A stretch of 64,000 nt of DNA from Octopus sinensis (lineage: Eukaryota): positions 101,494,001 to 101,558,000 of the forward strand of contig NC_043004.1 in the NCBI RefSeq assembly GCF_006345805.1. The letters are read 5' to 3'. The notes under the pieces are model-generated. The model worked only from the letters and a program-made list of their open reading frames with translations. It was not told the origin of the DNA and did no database searches. Shown in pieces: positions 11,300-24,492 of this stretch (the stretch's first letter is position 1; each line of letters opens with the position of its first letter). Made by a program: the position numbers and the translations under genes.

Positions 11300-12716
11300 A
11301 TTCTGACCTACACAGGTAAGAATGGAAAAATACACATAAAATAGCTGAAAATAAATAACACATAAAACATACACACATACAAAAAAAACAGTTGAAAAAA
11401 CACAATTACTTTCCATTTTTTTTTCTCATTTTCTTTTTCCCTTCATTTTTTTTTTATTATAAAATCAGTCAGAAATAATAAGGCAGGCAAATTGAATGGA
11501 AGCAAATCAGTTCCTTGTTTCTTCTCTTTTTTTTTCCTTCTTTTTAGCAATAAAAGTATTAATTGGTGTTGTTGCTGTCTTCTATTTAATTGATGATGAT
11601 TTTGGTGCAGTAGTTGGTGTGGTTCTTTTCTCTAAGACAATGGTTCTAAATTTTATAAATGTAAAAAATAAATGGACTATAGGTCTTTCTGAGCTTTTAA
11701 TGCATTCCAGACAAAAATTTGTCAAGATTGCTGGTGAAGGGTTCATTTTAAAAAAAGGGACAGGAAAAATTTAAAATAAACTCAAAATGAAATCACTAAC
11801 TATTGTTAAATCTAAAGAGACTCAAAATTTTGAGAAAAAAAGCCTTAGTAATTATTTATTTACACCGGCATGGAACCTTTGGAGATTTTAGAGAAGAGAA
11901 AAATGCTAGTTTGTAACTGTCATGCCTTTCCAAAGGGCACGAGGGGCATTAAATGAATCAGTTTCAATAGGGAATTGAAACCAAAATTGCAAATTCCATT
12001 TGCCATACTAATACAGCAATTGCCAATACTTGAAATAATAATATTAATATTAATAATAATATAAAAATACTTATCGTAACATATCACAATGGAATGTTAT
12101 TATCTTTATTATTTCAGGTGAAATTTTTTAAAATAAAAAAATAAAAAAAAACAATATGTATATAGATATAAAAAATGAAAATTGAAGCTTTCAGATATTC
12201 TTTTCAGCTTTTTTTTTTGTAGTTGTTTTGTTTTTTGCTTTCTTAGAGAAATGAATAACAATCTGTTTCTAAATGTTGACACCAAGATGTTTCTGAACAG
12301 TTCAACATAAGATGTTTTATCCATACTTTTTTCTTTAATATTTCTTCCAAATTTTCAAATTGTTTTTCAACTTTTAAAATTTAATGTGTAATAATAATAT
12401 TAAAAGAAAGCATATTTGATGTGTTTCTACCTTTTTCTAAATTTTTGTTATATTTTCTCCCAATGTTTCCAAAAAAAAAAAAATTATAAAGTTGGAAAGT
12501 TGAGAAAAATGGCTAAATCTTTTTTTTATTTAAGATCATCATCATTATTATTATTGTTACTCTTACTGTTGGTATTAATTTTGTGGAGATAATTAATGAC
12601 ATTATCATTAAGGAAGAAGACAGATGCTTAGATATTAGGTCAGAGGGCTTGGGGTCATCACTTCCAGATGGAGATGATGGCCCCCAGGCGAATACGTTGC
12701 ATAGCGAAAACCCCTT
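11300..12716 (-). other. Probable 3' UTR of the MRLC gene with several candidate poly(A) signals
   Basis: About 1.4 kb of AU-rich sequence without recognisable TEs follows the stop codon. Minus-strand AATAAA occurs near 12525, 12107, 11857 and 11454, with a GU/U-rich tract at about 11330-11400. The true 3' end cannot be fixed from sequence. Confidence 0.55.
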
Positions 12717-12821
12717 TCAATCATCATCTTTGTCTTTCTTGCCATGCTTCAGAATCCGAGTAAATTCTATGTAATCAAAGTTGCCACTCTTGATAGGCGC
12801 TTCCCGAAATATTTCATCAAC
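12717..12821 (-). CDS. sqh: Myosin regulatory light chain, terminal coding exon
   Basis: tttttag|GTT GAT GAA ... GAT TGA. Encodes [34 protein letters not shown], the typical non-muscle RLC C-terminus ([18 protein letters not shown]). Confidence 0.96.
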   Translation of the reverse strand, partial: VDEIFREAPIKSGNFDYIEFTRILKHGKKDKDDD

Positions 12822-13570
12822 CTAAAAAATAGAAAACAGAGAGATATATAAAAGTAAATTATAATCATTGGTACTCATGTATATTTCTGTCAAAGTATAT
12901 GCAAGAAATGTATTTATGTGAATCAGAGTTTGTGTGTGTGTGTGTATTTATGAGGCTCTCACAAGTGCTACTGGTCACACAGAATCCATTACCATGTTGC
13001 ATAGTCGGGCTGTCAGCGACTAAACCGGCACCCCCACCAGGCTACCCTGGTGAGGAAGGTTGCCAGAAACCCAGCAGGATTAAAAACAAGACCTTTTGAA
13101 AAGTTGGATGAACCTAGTGCAGGGTCAATGGTTATCTAGCAATAGCACGAGTACACAGAAATTCCGGGATGTTGTCTGGCATGCTGGAAGACCAACTGGA
13201 AGGGAGGCACCCCTCGGCTTCTGTTGAATCATGTCTCTAGGAGGAGGTCACTCTGATATAAAACTAGATATGCAGGGAATGGCATTGGACATTTTGGGGC
13301 TCTTTGGTTTGTGCTAGAAATCATGGTGCTCCCACATCACTGAGTCTGCGATTCATATTGGCATCAGACATCTTGCTCTGGCTTGACTCTGGATAATGTC
13401 AGTAGAGTGGAGAGGGTCAATGAGGGGTCATGCTCTGCACAGGCATTGCTGACCTCTGCTCGATATGTGCTGCTTTTCTTTTTTTTCGACTTATATCCTA
13501 GAATGCACAATGTTCCTGAAGGTCAGCAATGATCTTCCTCAGTCACGAGTGGACGGCCATCATATATCTT

Positions 13571-13609
<39 letters not shown>

Positions 13610-13611
13610 TC

Positions 13612-13928
13612 TTTTATTCTTTTACTTGTTTCAGTCATTTTATTGTGGCCATGCTGGAGTACTGCCTTTAATTGAAGAAATCAGCCCCAGGACTTATTCT
13701 ATTGGTTCTTTTGCCGAACCACTAAGTTACGGGGACATAAACACACCAGCATTGGTTGTCAAGTGATGATGGGGGGGGGGAGAGAACAAACACAGACACA
13801 CGCACACACACACCTATAGACGATGGCCTTCTTTCAGTTTCTGTCTACCAAATCAACTCACAAGGTTTTGGCCGGCCCAAGGCTATAGTACAAGACACTT
13901 GCCCAACTGAATCTGGAACCATGTGGTT
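13612..13928 (-). mobile_element. SINE family B (diverged)
   Basis: Reverse complement of the family B body, in the last MRLC intron. Confidence 0.78.
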
Positions 13929-14918
13929 GATATATATATATATATATATATTATGATTAAAAAAAGTAGTAAAAGTAATGCCCATGATTTTTTTGCAGGT
14001 CCTCAGATAGGTGTGAGTGAATGAAAGGATGACTCGAAGGACCACAAGCTCAAGACCCAGTCTCAATACTTGCAACAGTCTAGAATCTACTTAAGGCATC
14101 CTCTGGCCAATAGATGATGTTAAACTGGGCAGTAGATTAAGTCTACAAACCAAATGGAGTTACAAGTCATCTACCAGACTTCCACACAGTTTCCATCTAC
14201 TTAATTTTATTTAGAAGACTTGGGTTGATCCACAGCTGTAATAAAAAAAACAAAAAAACCCACTTGTCACTGGTGCCCATGAAGTGGGACCAAAGATGGG
14301 CACATGAGATTGCAAAGCACATGTATGTATGTGTGAATCTTTGTCTTGACATGTGATAGTTGTAAACAAGCATTACTGTCATACAAGCAATGTTGTTTAT
14401 TTCCAACCTCGGAGCAATATTACTTTGCTTGGAAACAGGTGAGTGTTGGTGACAGGAAGGGCATCCAGCCACAGAAAATCTGTCTCAATAAATTCTGTCT
14501 GATCCTTGCAAGCATGGGTAAGCGGATGTTCAAATGATGATGGTTATATACAGAAATATAAATGTCTTAAGAGATACGAGAGACGAGATAATAGAACAGA
14601 CATGTCGAGAATAGAAAAGTGGAGAGATTAAAGACTTTAGTAAAAGTCATTTGCTAAATGTCCTGGCAGAAATGCCAAAAGACAAATCATGGCAAATTAA
14701 TCCTGAGAATGCAGTCAGCAACAGACAGACTTTCAGATTCAGTGAGGTCTCTGTTGATATTAGTGAAAGTCACCGGATTTATCTGTTGATTAACAAGAGA
14801 GATAATCAAACTTACTGTCTGACAGGAGAAATGTCACTTTTCACCTTTGTAAATTCAAAATATGCCTTTGCATAGTTTTCTTTTTTTTTTCATACCACTA
14901 ATATAGTTAATTATTTAA

Positions 14919-15138
14919 CCGTTTTGTTACTGTATTTATTTTGAGATGCTCTGTATTTCTTTCAATTACTTTAAATATAACAAAGAATTTAGTAAAATAA
15001 CTTAGTTATCATTCAGCTAGTGTTAGGAATATAAATTGTGGCTAAGGTTTGGTGAAAGATTTTAATTCAAAACTTATGTAAACAAGACATTTGTACTCAG
15101 AGGCCAAAGCCGGTTTCAGCCGGTTTCTAATGAAAGGG
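14919..15138. mobile_element. piggyBac-type MITE
   Basis: TTAA on both sides; degenerate TIRs cc.ttt.gttac; same family as 24493-24713. Confidence 0.8.
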
Positions 15139-15464
15139 TTAATGCTTTCAGAGTAACATCTTCGATAGTACAGCCGTTACACACACAAACACAAATGTTC
15201 TCGGATGTATTCCAAAACAAGGTCACTGTAACTAATTATGCCTTCAATTAGCAATATACTATGACCTGCCAATGCACTAACATTGTTTCCTCTCTGTCAC
15301 TACTACTAACACTACAGATTAATCCTATTTCTTCCATGCTCGCTTGATGCATATCGTCTTCTCCAGTCACCATATCAAATGCTAACAGATCCTTCATCCA
15401 AAATTGCAAAGATTTCAAAATTTCTTTGGAACTTATAGAGGAAAAAAAAAAAAACAACAAAAAA

Positions 15465-15822
15465 ACACAAAATCAAGACATAAGTAAAAGCTTAAATAGT
15501 TTATTTATTGAATACTTCCATTCTTCAAATTCCCTCAGTATAGATCGTATTCTTTCAACAATACAAGCGTAAACATACCAAATGATTAAAAAGGTGAATT
15601 TTGATAGATCGAAAGTAGGTTTGTGCAAACGCTAATCTCTCTTTGTCATCATTCTTTTGCTACATAATCTCAATGTATAAAATTTGGTCTTTTAATTGTT
15701 TGATATGTTTACATTTGTATTAAAAGAAAAGGAAAATATTCAATGAGAGTAAAAAATTTAAAGAGCAGCAGTATTCAATAAATAAACTGTTTCACTTGTT
15801 ACTTATGTCTTTGATATTGTGC
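15465..15822. mobile_element. Old foldback/MITE with inverted arms of about 120 bp
   Basis: agtttatttattgaatact (about 15498-15516) is exactly inverted at about 15771-15789; partial similarity extends along both arms. Confidence 0.6.
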
Positions 15823-16284
15823 CTCTGCAAAACACCTTTATTTTATTTTTGTTTTGTAAGTAAACGTGCTCACCATATTTCATTTGCCTTTGTTATTCTG
15901 AAGTAGCATAACAAAAGTAACTATACTATAATATATATCCCGAATAACACCCCTTTAAAACTGTATATAAATATTTTCTAAGACCATTTTCCACAATAAT
16001 TTTCACAAAAATCTTTCAAAATTTGGAGATCTGAGTACTGCTTTTGATCTTTTCACATTCTGATTTTTCAGCCATTTGAAATTTGGCCTTTACATCCTAC
16101 ACTGACACCCTACTTGGTGGTGTATGTATATGTATACACACACACACACACACACACACAGCTCATAAACAAGCAATGGTCATACTTACTGAATAAACTT
16201 AAATCATACATGTATCTACATGTATAGATCAATGCACATGATGCATGGCCATTGATAATAATAAATGAAAGAAAGGTCACTTAC

Positions 16285-16352
16285 ATCTTCATCAGAGAAG
16301 CGGTCTCCCATAGTGGTCAGCAGCTCTCGTAGCCTGTCTTCATGAATGACAC
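16285..16352 (-). CDS. sqh: Myosin regulatory light chain, penultimate coding exon
   Basis: attatcag|GT GTC ATT ... GAA GAT|gtaagt; 68 nt, phase 1-0. Encodes (G)[22 protein letters not shown], in frame with the 42463-42624 exon. The ORF track missed it. Confidence 0.95.
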
Positions 16353-17105
16353 CTGATAATGAATAGATTAAACCGGTTATTCAAAGGAATCACAACATAT
16401 CCAACTTGTAGCAATTTGCCCACACATTTCAATGAAATGCCCTGAGTACAGAAGTATGTAAAACTGCGTGTAAACTTATGTGAGCATGTAACTACAAACA
16501 CACATATTACATCACATGTAAACACATGATTCACAGGAAGCACACACTCAACACTATATTCTTATAATTTAAGATCATTTACTACAAAAAAAAAAGAAAA
16601 AAAGGAAAAAAAACCCTCATACTTCCTAAATTTGTTTAAGCTTTCATGGCAACTACACAGAGACTGTAACACAAGCTGAGTTTCCTTTACTTCCTTTACT
16701 GGTTAAGAAAATACTTCATTTCTGACAGGACACAAATGCAGACAAATAAACAGTCCATAATATTTGCTATACCACTCAGGAAACATAAAAGAAAAAAAAT
16801 TAACTGTTACAAGCTAGCAAGTACGAACTTACACCATACTTTTTCTAATACATATCAAGGAGATGTTTAATGCCTGCTCAAAGACATCCTGTTGATCATC
16901 CCACCTATAACCAGTGGACTATCAAGGATGTGACATGAATGGAGTAGAGCAGCACCAGCACCGGACTGTTACTCGTATTCAGCTGGAGAACATGAATGAA
17001 GTGCCTTACTCAAGGACACAACAGGACACCTGGTCCATGAATTAAACACATGACCTCATAATCAGGATCCCAACTCCCTAAGCCTTGTGGTTAGAGTGTA
17101 GAGTT

Positions 17106-17333
17106 GGCGAGCTGGCAGAAATGTTAGCATGCCAGGCGAAATGCGTAGCCGCATTTCGTCTGCCGTTACGTTCTGAGTTCAAATTCCGCCAAGGTCGACT
17201 TTGCCTTTCATCCTTTCAGTGTCGATAAATTAAGTACCAGTTACGCATTGGGGTCGATATAATTGACTTAATCCCTTTGTCTGTCCTTGTTTGTCCCTTC
17301 TGTGTTTAGCCCCTTGTGGGTAGTAAAGAGATA
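17106..17333 (+). mobile_element. SINE family C, near full length
   Basis: Head, core and tail (gccccttgtgggtagtaaaga.ata) are all present. Confidence 0.88.
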
Positions 17334-18020
17334 GGTTAGAGTGTAGAGCTTACAATCATAGGGTCCCCACTGAAAATACTGGAGGTTATTTAAGAACTAT
17401 CCAAGGTGGACCGCTTCGAAGCATGTCTAAAATATCTGAAACTATAACTGTTTCCTGTCCCAACCTCAAACATTTTTGTTTAACAACTCCCTTGTCGTTT
17501 ATCTCAGTCAGTTTGTCTAAAAGTAGGCCTAACATGTTCTGGTTTAACACCACCACAGAGTACTTAAGTGTGTTTAGCCAAGTTCTCAGATGCAAGTATT
17601 TGGGATTGACTTGTGCTCTCACCATTGCCCCGCCTGCCACTCTAGTCATGCTTTCATGCAGATATTCAGGCTGTCCTAACAATTACATCAATCTGAAACC
17701 CGTCTGAAGACGACCTGCAAGTCATTCGCACAGTAGATGTATGTATGCCTAGCAGTATATATTGAAATGTGTTAATATTTCATACTGGGGAATTCAATGT
17801 TACTCTGAGTTTCTTAGTAGGTGTGGGCTTTCAGGCGAAGACCACTTCAAGTAAGAAACACTGAGTAGTAAGGTATGTTGAATTTTACAATTTCACATAC
17901 ATACTGTCACTACACAAAGTATTGAGTGCTTTCTTTGAACACTAACCACATAAATAATCCATGCCACCACCACCACCACCACCACCACCACCACCATAAA
18001 GTCTAGTCTTTATTATAGTA

Positions 18021-18358
18021 TGGTGGCTTGTGTGCTTCAATGACTGAGAGGCATAGTGGCAGAGGGTAAGCTCCTGATATGGCATCCCATGCGGGACAAG
18101 TCAAGGGATACAGGCCAGGCTAATATGGATCAGTTCATCCCAGAGGTAAAAATGGGTTTGCAAGGGGCCAACACACCTACTTAGAAAAAAGCAAAGTTAC
18201 AGAAGCAAATCAAGGAGAGCAAGGTTTCCCCTCAGGGAAACATGCAGAGCTGAAAAATCAAGGATCCAATTGGAAAGAAGCAGGGACAGCCTAGAGTTGA
18301 GGACATTGGAGAAAAAGTTGTTGACGACCTATGCTCCATAGGCAACAAAGAGCTTAAG
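18021..18358 (+). mobile_element. Non-autonomous bipartite RTE-derived element (copy 1)
   Basis: Collinear with 58390-58678; the 3' end encodes VDDLCSIGNKELK, similar to RTE C-termini. Confidence 0.6.
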
Positions 18359-18446
18359 CAATACTACTACTAACACTAATAAATACACACCCAAACATAT
18401 TTATTCGAAGCTAAGATTTTACTAAAAGTAACAGGAGACACCAAAC

Positions 18447-18483
<37 letters not shown>

Positions 18484-18535
18484 TGTGTGTGTGTATGAGA
18501 GTGTGTGTATGTACATATACACACATATATAATAA

Positions 18536-18790
18536 TGTTCGTCTTTCAGGTTCGAAGATGACCATTGACATCATTTAGTGGAATTGCTGCTATGAGACCG
18601 GAGGTGGCTGATGAGGCCAATCTGGGCAAGAAAGCCCCTCCCACAGGTGGGGCAGAAGTAGGTAGGGACTGTGCTATTGGTGCAGGTGACTCTGGCTTTC
18701 TGCATCTGGCGTTTCTGTTCTGCTGACTGAATCCGGCTCTCCTCGGCTGTCTTTGCTCCTGTGGTGATTGCGTTGCGCCAATATATACAT
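18536..18790 (-). mobile_element. RTE-clade LINE 3' end (5'-truncated)
   Basis: Encodes AEESRIQSAEQKRQMQKAR...YFCPTCGRGFLAQIGLISHLRSH, the RTE C-terminal C2H2 finger. Confidence 0.88.
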
Positions 18791-20240
18791 ATATACATAC
18801 ACACACACATGGTTCAAAAGAATCCAGTGGGTCTGAAGACTGCATCATGCTGCACTGTTTACTTTGGCATGGCATCTATGGCTGGAGCCCTTCTTAATAC
18901 CAACTGCCTTATAGCATGTACTGGGTGCTACTGAAGTTGTAACGCAGTCTGAAAAACTACAAACCCCAAGAAAGGGGGCTTTATGCTAGGAGAAGAGAGG
19001 GCTAAAGTATGAGAAAAGGGACTAACTAGAACAGGTTTCTTGCTTATAGAGGGGCCACATGGCTACTCACATTTTAAAAGTGATAGTAGTGCAAGAAAGA
19101 GATAAAAATAACGATGGGGTCTCTGTGTGGACCCTCAAGTTATAAGAAATGAGTAGGGATGGGTGGCAGAAGAACTGGGGGTGTGGGTGAGTGGATGTTG
19201 TAAGACCTGTATAGGAGAGTGAGAAATTGGGAATGGTTGAGGTAGTGAGTATAATGCATGAAGAATAGGGGATAATAAGTAGGGAAATTAGGGAACAGTA
19301 CTGACAGCTGTAAAGACTGGGTAGGGTCCCCCACTCGGAGAGGTGGATGTAGTGAATGGCGGATAAGGGGGATCAATGATGTGTTTAAGGGCTGTCAAAA
19401 TAGGTGTGCTGAGCAATAACAGCTTGTATTTGGCTATATCGCTTTACACACTAGTTGACTATTCCTCTGTGCATTAAGAGGTTAATACAATAAGTACTAG
19501 ACAAATTACTGAGGTGCCCACAGCCATGGCTAGAGAGAAAGAGAGAGAGAGAGATGTATAGAGAGATAGACAGACAGACAGATAGAGACTGGAATGTAAT
19601 AAAAAGGAAGTGGGTGGTTTAATTAAGTGGCATTGGTAGTAGTAGTAGTAATAGTAGCAGCAGTAGAGGTCAGGCATACAGCAAATAGTTGGGATAGTTT
19701 GAGGCTGTTTTTGGTAACTTTAGTCACTCTTATGACAACAGTGTTAGTCTTATAAAGCTGTCATGGCCATGATAACTGGCTGATTGGTGGTGCTATTAGT
19801 AGTGTTGGTGGTGGTGGAGAGAAAGAGAGAGAGAGAGGAAGTAGGCCTATTTTATACACAGCTGAGCAACATAGTCAATTTGCTGTAGAAAATCTGGTGA
19901 GACACTATAGTACTAATAGATAGGAGAGAGGTAGAGGAGAGTGAGTGTGCTTAAGCATGGCAGCAAATGGAGAGATATGTAGGTATAGAGGGGCAGTCAA
20001 AAAGAAAGACACAGCGTGGGAGAAGTAAATGGTTCCAACCTGTGGCTTGTAGCTAGCATGTTGTTTAAGGAAGTCTTTGGCCCTACCCCCAAAAATTATG
20101 TATATATGTGAATCTCTTTTTTTTTTTGTTAATAGGTATATTGCATCAATGTGTATCATTAAGGTGACTAAAAAAAGCAAAGGAGCCAGCTGAGAAGAAT
20201 TCAGCAGTAAAACACTTCAATGATGACAATGATATATATA

Positions 20241-20416
20241 TATTTCTTTATTGCCCACAAGGGGCTAAGCATAGAGGGGACAAACAAGGATAGACAAAGG
20301 GATTAAGTCGTTTACATCGACCCCAGTGCGTAACTGGTACTTTATTTATCGACCCCCGAAAGGATGAAAGGCAAAGTCGGCCTCGGCGGAATTTGAACTC
20401 AGAATGTAACGACAGA
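20241..20416 (-). mobile_element. SINE family C (5'-truncated)
   Basis: Reverse complement of the family C core and tail. Confidence 0.85.
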
Positions 20417-20939
20417 TGTTGATATATATATATATATATATACACACATGTGTGTGTGTGTGTGGCTGAATTTGACAATGGCTTAGCTGGCTGAAACTTT
20501 GAAACCACTGTTGATATTTTTGTTTAAGAATATAAATTTGAAGTCTGCAAATGTATAGAGTAACCCATCCAGATTAACGTAAAATAGTTTTTGTTACAAC
20601 TGATCATTATAACTGAACATTAATATATATATATACCTTTTGGTTACACACACACACACACACATGATAATATCAAGCAGTAAGGAGAATGAGTGCTCAA
20701 CAATGCACTACTTGTGGACAGTTCTGCCTAGAATGGATGCAATCGCTATCAACCTGAATTATAATGCTTAAACAATTGTGAATTTTTGTTATACATGAAA
20801 CCATCGGTAGCATTGTTAATCCACAAATAAAGTGCATCTATATATATACAGGGAGAATTCACGAAAAAAACAAAAGATGAAGACAGGTGGTGTAGAAAAC
20901 AAACAGATGTATTAGTATAACACTCAGGAATTGAAAAAG

Positions 20940-20977
20940 TCTTTTACGTTTCGAGCCTACACTCTTCCACAGAAAGA
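20940..20977 (-). ncRNA. Candidate minimal hammerhead-ribozyme-like motif (Penelope-type), variant core
   Basis: The minus strand reads UCUUU-CUGUGGA-A-GAGU(GUAG)GCUC-GAAAC-GUA-AAAGA: 5-bp stem I, 4-bp stem II, GAAA and a palindromic ACGU stem III. The core is CUGUGGA rather than CUGANGA. Confidence 0.5.
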
Positions 20978-23900
20978 AACAAGGACAGAAAAAAAATGTG
21001 CGTAGTGGCTACCGATCTATGCATATATATACTTTTGTGCACTATGATATAAAACTGACCAGATCAATCCACAATATTTCTTCCCTTTTTATCATATTTT
21101 ATATTTTTTGCAATCATATTTCTAACAAGACTAAAACTTCCATAGTGTTCAATTATCTTCCTAAACAATCAAATATCTCTATACATTGGTATATAATGTA
21201 TGAATGGAATATCTTAACTAATGACAAATGCTTATTGATCCTATGTTCATAAACCATTTCATATCACTTCTCTAGCAGTTTCCAAGGCTGGTGTCATGGA
21301 AAAAGCTTCTAGTACACACTGTAAAACAGTTAGCATTAGGAAGAGCATCCCTCTGTAGAAACCTTGCCAAAGTTGATATTGAGGTGTGATGTAGTTCTGC
21401 AACCCATGTTCTGCAACATAGTTCTGTAAAATCATGCAGTCCAAGCCATGCATGGAACACAGACATTAAATGATGATGTAGATGATTATGATGAAATCTA
21501 GGAGGGGTGGGCTCAAATCACATCACTTCTCTTTGCCTACCCTGGGACATACTGCATGAAGACAAGGCTAAAAGCGATCACCCAATAACTCATTAAGGGT
21601 TACAGAAGTTTTTCAGATTGAAGGATATAGCACATTTAAGACATTCACATTTTATTCACCCAGTTCTGGGTTTGATACCACTACATGACACCTTAGACAA
21701 ACGTCATCTACCATAGTCTCAAGTCAATCCAAACTTTGATAGTGAAATTGAGTTGTTTAATCCCAAATCAATCCTAACTGAGCAGATTTATGATCAAAGG
21801 TGTTCTGCTAAGGCTACCCTTATGACAGTCACCAAGACGGTTAGTAATAGTGTTTTATAGAGGAGGAGTAATCCCCTTAAAAAAAAAAAATTTAAATTAG
21901 TATTTTAAAATTTAATCTTCAATGATGTTTTTCCACTTTCAAACGTATATATAATTACTGCTTTGCCTTGTACCACCATTGGCTTGTTTGTTTTTAAGAG
22001 CTACAGACATCAACAGAATATGATCCACTAAGTCAAGGAAATATTCTCAAATTTAACAAGTGTCTTAGTCTCTGAACACAGAGGAAATTATGCATGATAA
22101 AAAAGATTAGTAAGGAAGTGGTAGCCACAGAATATATATCTGTATCCTCCACCTCTTCTCACAACTGTCATTTGTGCTGTGACTCATGTCAATAACCGGC
22201 AAACTACAGCAAATGGTTACAATGCATAGAGTAAGAGAAGTGAATCTGGTGTTTATAGAGTGAGGTGGTATTCATGTGTAGTATGTTGTACATCAACTAC
22301 TAGGAAGGGTAAATACCAAATTTATCTTCCATGGAGACAGCAGGGGAGTGTATTACAGTGAAGATAGAGGAAGGAAGACCTAAAGGACTATTCACACACA
22401 CACACACACACACATTCTTTGGCACTGACTTTAAGTTACCCCTTCTCCCACACAGAAACACACACACAAGATTACTCAATGGATAAATGATGTATTCAGT
22501 AAAGAAAAAATATTTTGACTTTGAAAAATTTTTGACCACCCACTCATTAGCATTTTTTCCCCAGATATTTAATTCCAGATCATCCTTAATGAAGCAGACC
22601 AATGATCAATGGCATTCCAACCATGACCATTCCATATTTTTTTCAGCCAGAGTGTATCCTAGATTATTGTCCACTGTGTTTCTTTCTTAAGAAGGTAGAA
22701 GGTGGTTTGAGGGAGATAGGGCTGTTATTTTTACCAGGTCAAGTTACTACATAGGCACGCTTAGGTTGGTTTGACCAACATTAGTGACGCAACTCAAGTG
22801 TTGTAGGTCCAAGCTACCACAAGTGGTAGTTATAGTAAAAAGTTTTATAGAATAGGGTGGTGGTGGTGGATAGTAAATGAGTATATTGTAGCCTTAATAT
22901 ATTTCAGTACTTTTACAATGGTACTGTGATAGTGCAAAAGTGCAATATAGTATGATATACTGTGGTGTAGTACAATGGCAAAAAAACATGGTACAGTAAA
23001 CACCCTGCCATCCAGCATCACTAGGACTGGAGGGTTGCTGGATAACTGCATTTACTGGGTATCTGATCATCACTTTTAAGTTACCATAACACCTCCAAAT
23101 CTCATTAAAACTTTACAGACACATAATATTATCATTAATATTCTGAATATAATAGAAATGAGAGAAACAGGAGAAAATAAAGTCTAGTTTAAGCAAAGAA
23201 AGGTTTTAATAACCTAATAAACTACTTTTCTGTGCTTTGACAAGCAACAGGCCATTTTAGTTACAGTTGAAACTTGCTTTCTACTACTGACAATTAATTA
23301 ATTAACATAAATTCTCTAGGCTCTAATTAACAACACTTTCTTTTCATTTTTTTTCTGAGTTGCTTGAAAGTTCCAGTTATCTGAGTACTAGATAACAAGG
23401 AGTTTATTGGAAAGTGGAAACAAGTATTGTGTACTAAAGTGCAATATAGCAGTTAGTTTTGTTGTTTAGCCCTGGGAAAACCCTAGCCAAGCAGACTTGT
23501 GGACCAAAATATTCCAGTAGTAGCTACCTCATCTTCTATTCCAACACAGTATACTTATGATGACACTATCCAATGTATCATTCCTTGTTATAAGTGTCAA
23601 TGAAGTATGATTTGAGTGACCACAGGGGCTTCCTCCTTGGCACAGGGTGGTTTTTAGTGTTTGTAGTAGTTACAATGATGGTGTGGATAGCTGAGCCAAC
23701 TGGGCAAGTCACTGATTATTAGTGAAAGAGGTGGAATTTCAGCAGAGGCAGTGGGTTAATCTTGTGGTCAAGACACACTTAACCCAAAATTAATCTAGTC
23801 TGTCCAACCAGAAATAAATACCACAAAGTGGAAGCAACTCAGCATTCTATACAGCAGCATTGTTAACTCAACATGTCTTGACAACATGCTGGATCCTACT

Positions 23901-24492
23901 CGCTACATTTAAGAGCCAAAAGGACAGATCAATCATTGGTGGACACATCTAATTATCAATTTTATCATTTAACAATAGAAATAAATAATCAAGAGGATAA
24001 CTTCTTTTTGGTTGGAGTGGATGTTAGTTTACGTATGACTCAATGCCAAATTCCACTTCAATATATTTCCACTTATTATTACTATTATCTGGCCCAAGAA
24101 AGGGTGGTGGATTAGCAGAAATGTTAAAGCATTGCAAGAAAAAAAAAAATGCTTTGCACAATTTGTTCAGGCTCTTTATTTTATGAGCTTAAACCCTGCC
24201 AAGGTCAACTTTGCCTTTTATTCTTCTGAGGTTGATAAAATAAATACCCGGTAAGTTCAGGGATCAAGTTAATTGATTACCCTCTCCACCTCACCAAATT
24301 TCTGGCTTTATACCTAATTTAGAAGCATTTATTTAATCAAAGAAGAACTAGCATCTATAACCTATGTATAGCATAGATGATGGTTAGTTGAAACTTCTCA
24401 AGATGATTCCTGCTTGAAAAACTACTAGGAATAAGGAAGGGAATCCCAGAAGAAGACATTTCTGGATAGGATGGATTGAGTCAAATGTTTAA

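Noticed and set aside
12583-12774. Plus-strand 63-aa ORF
   Set aside because: Antisense shadow of the MRLC terminal exon and UTR; no independent support.
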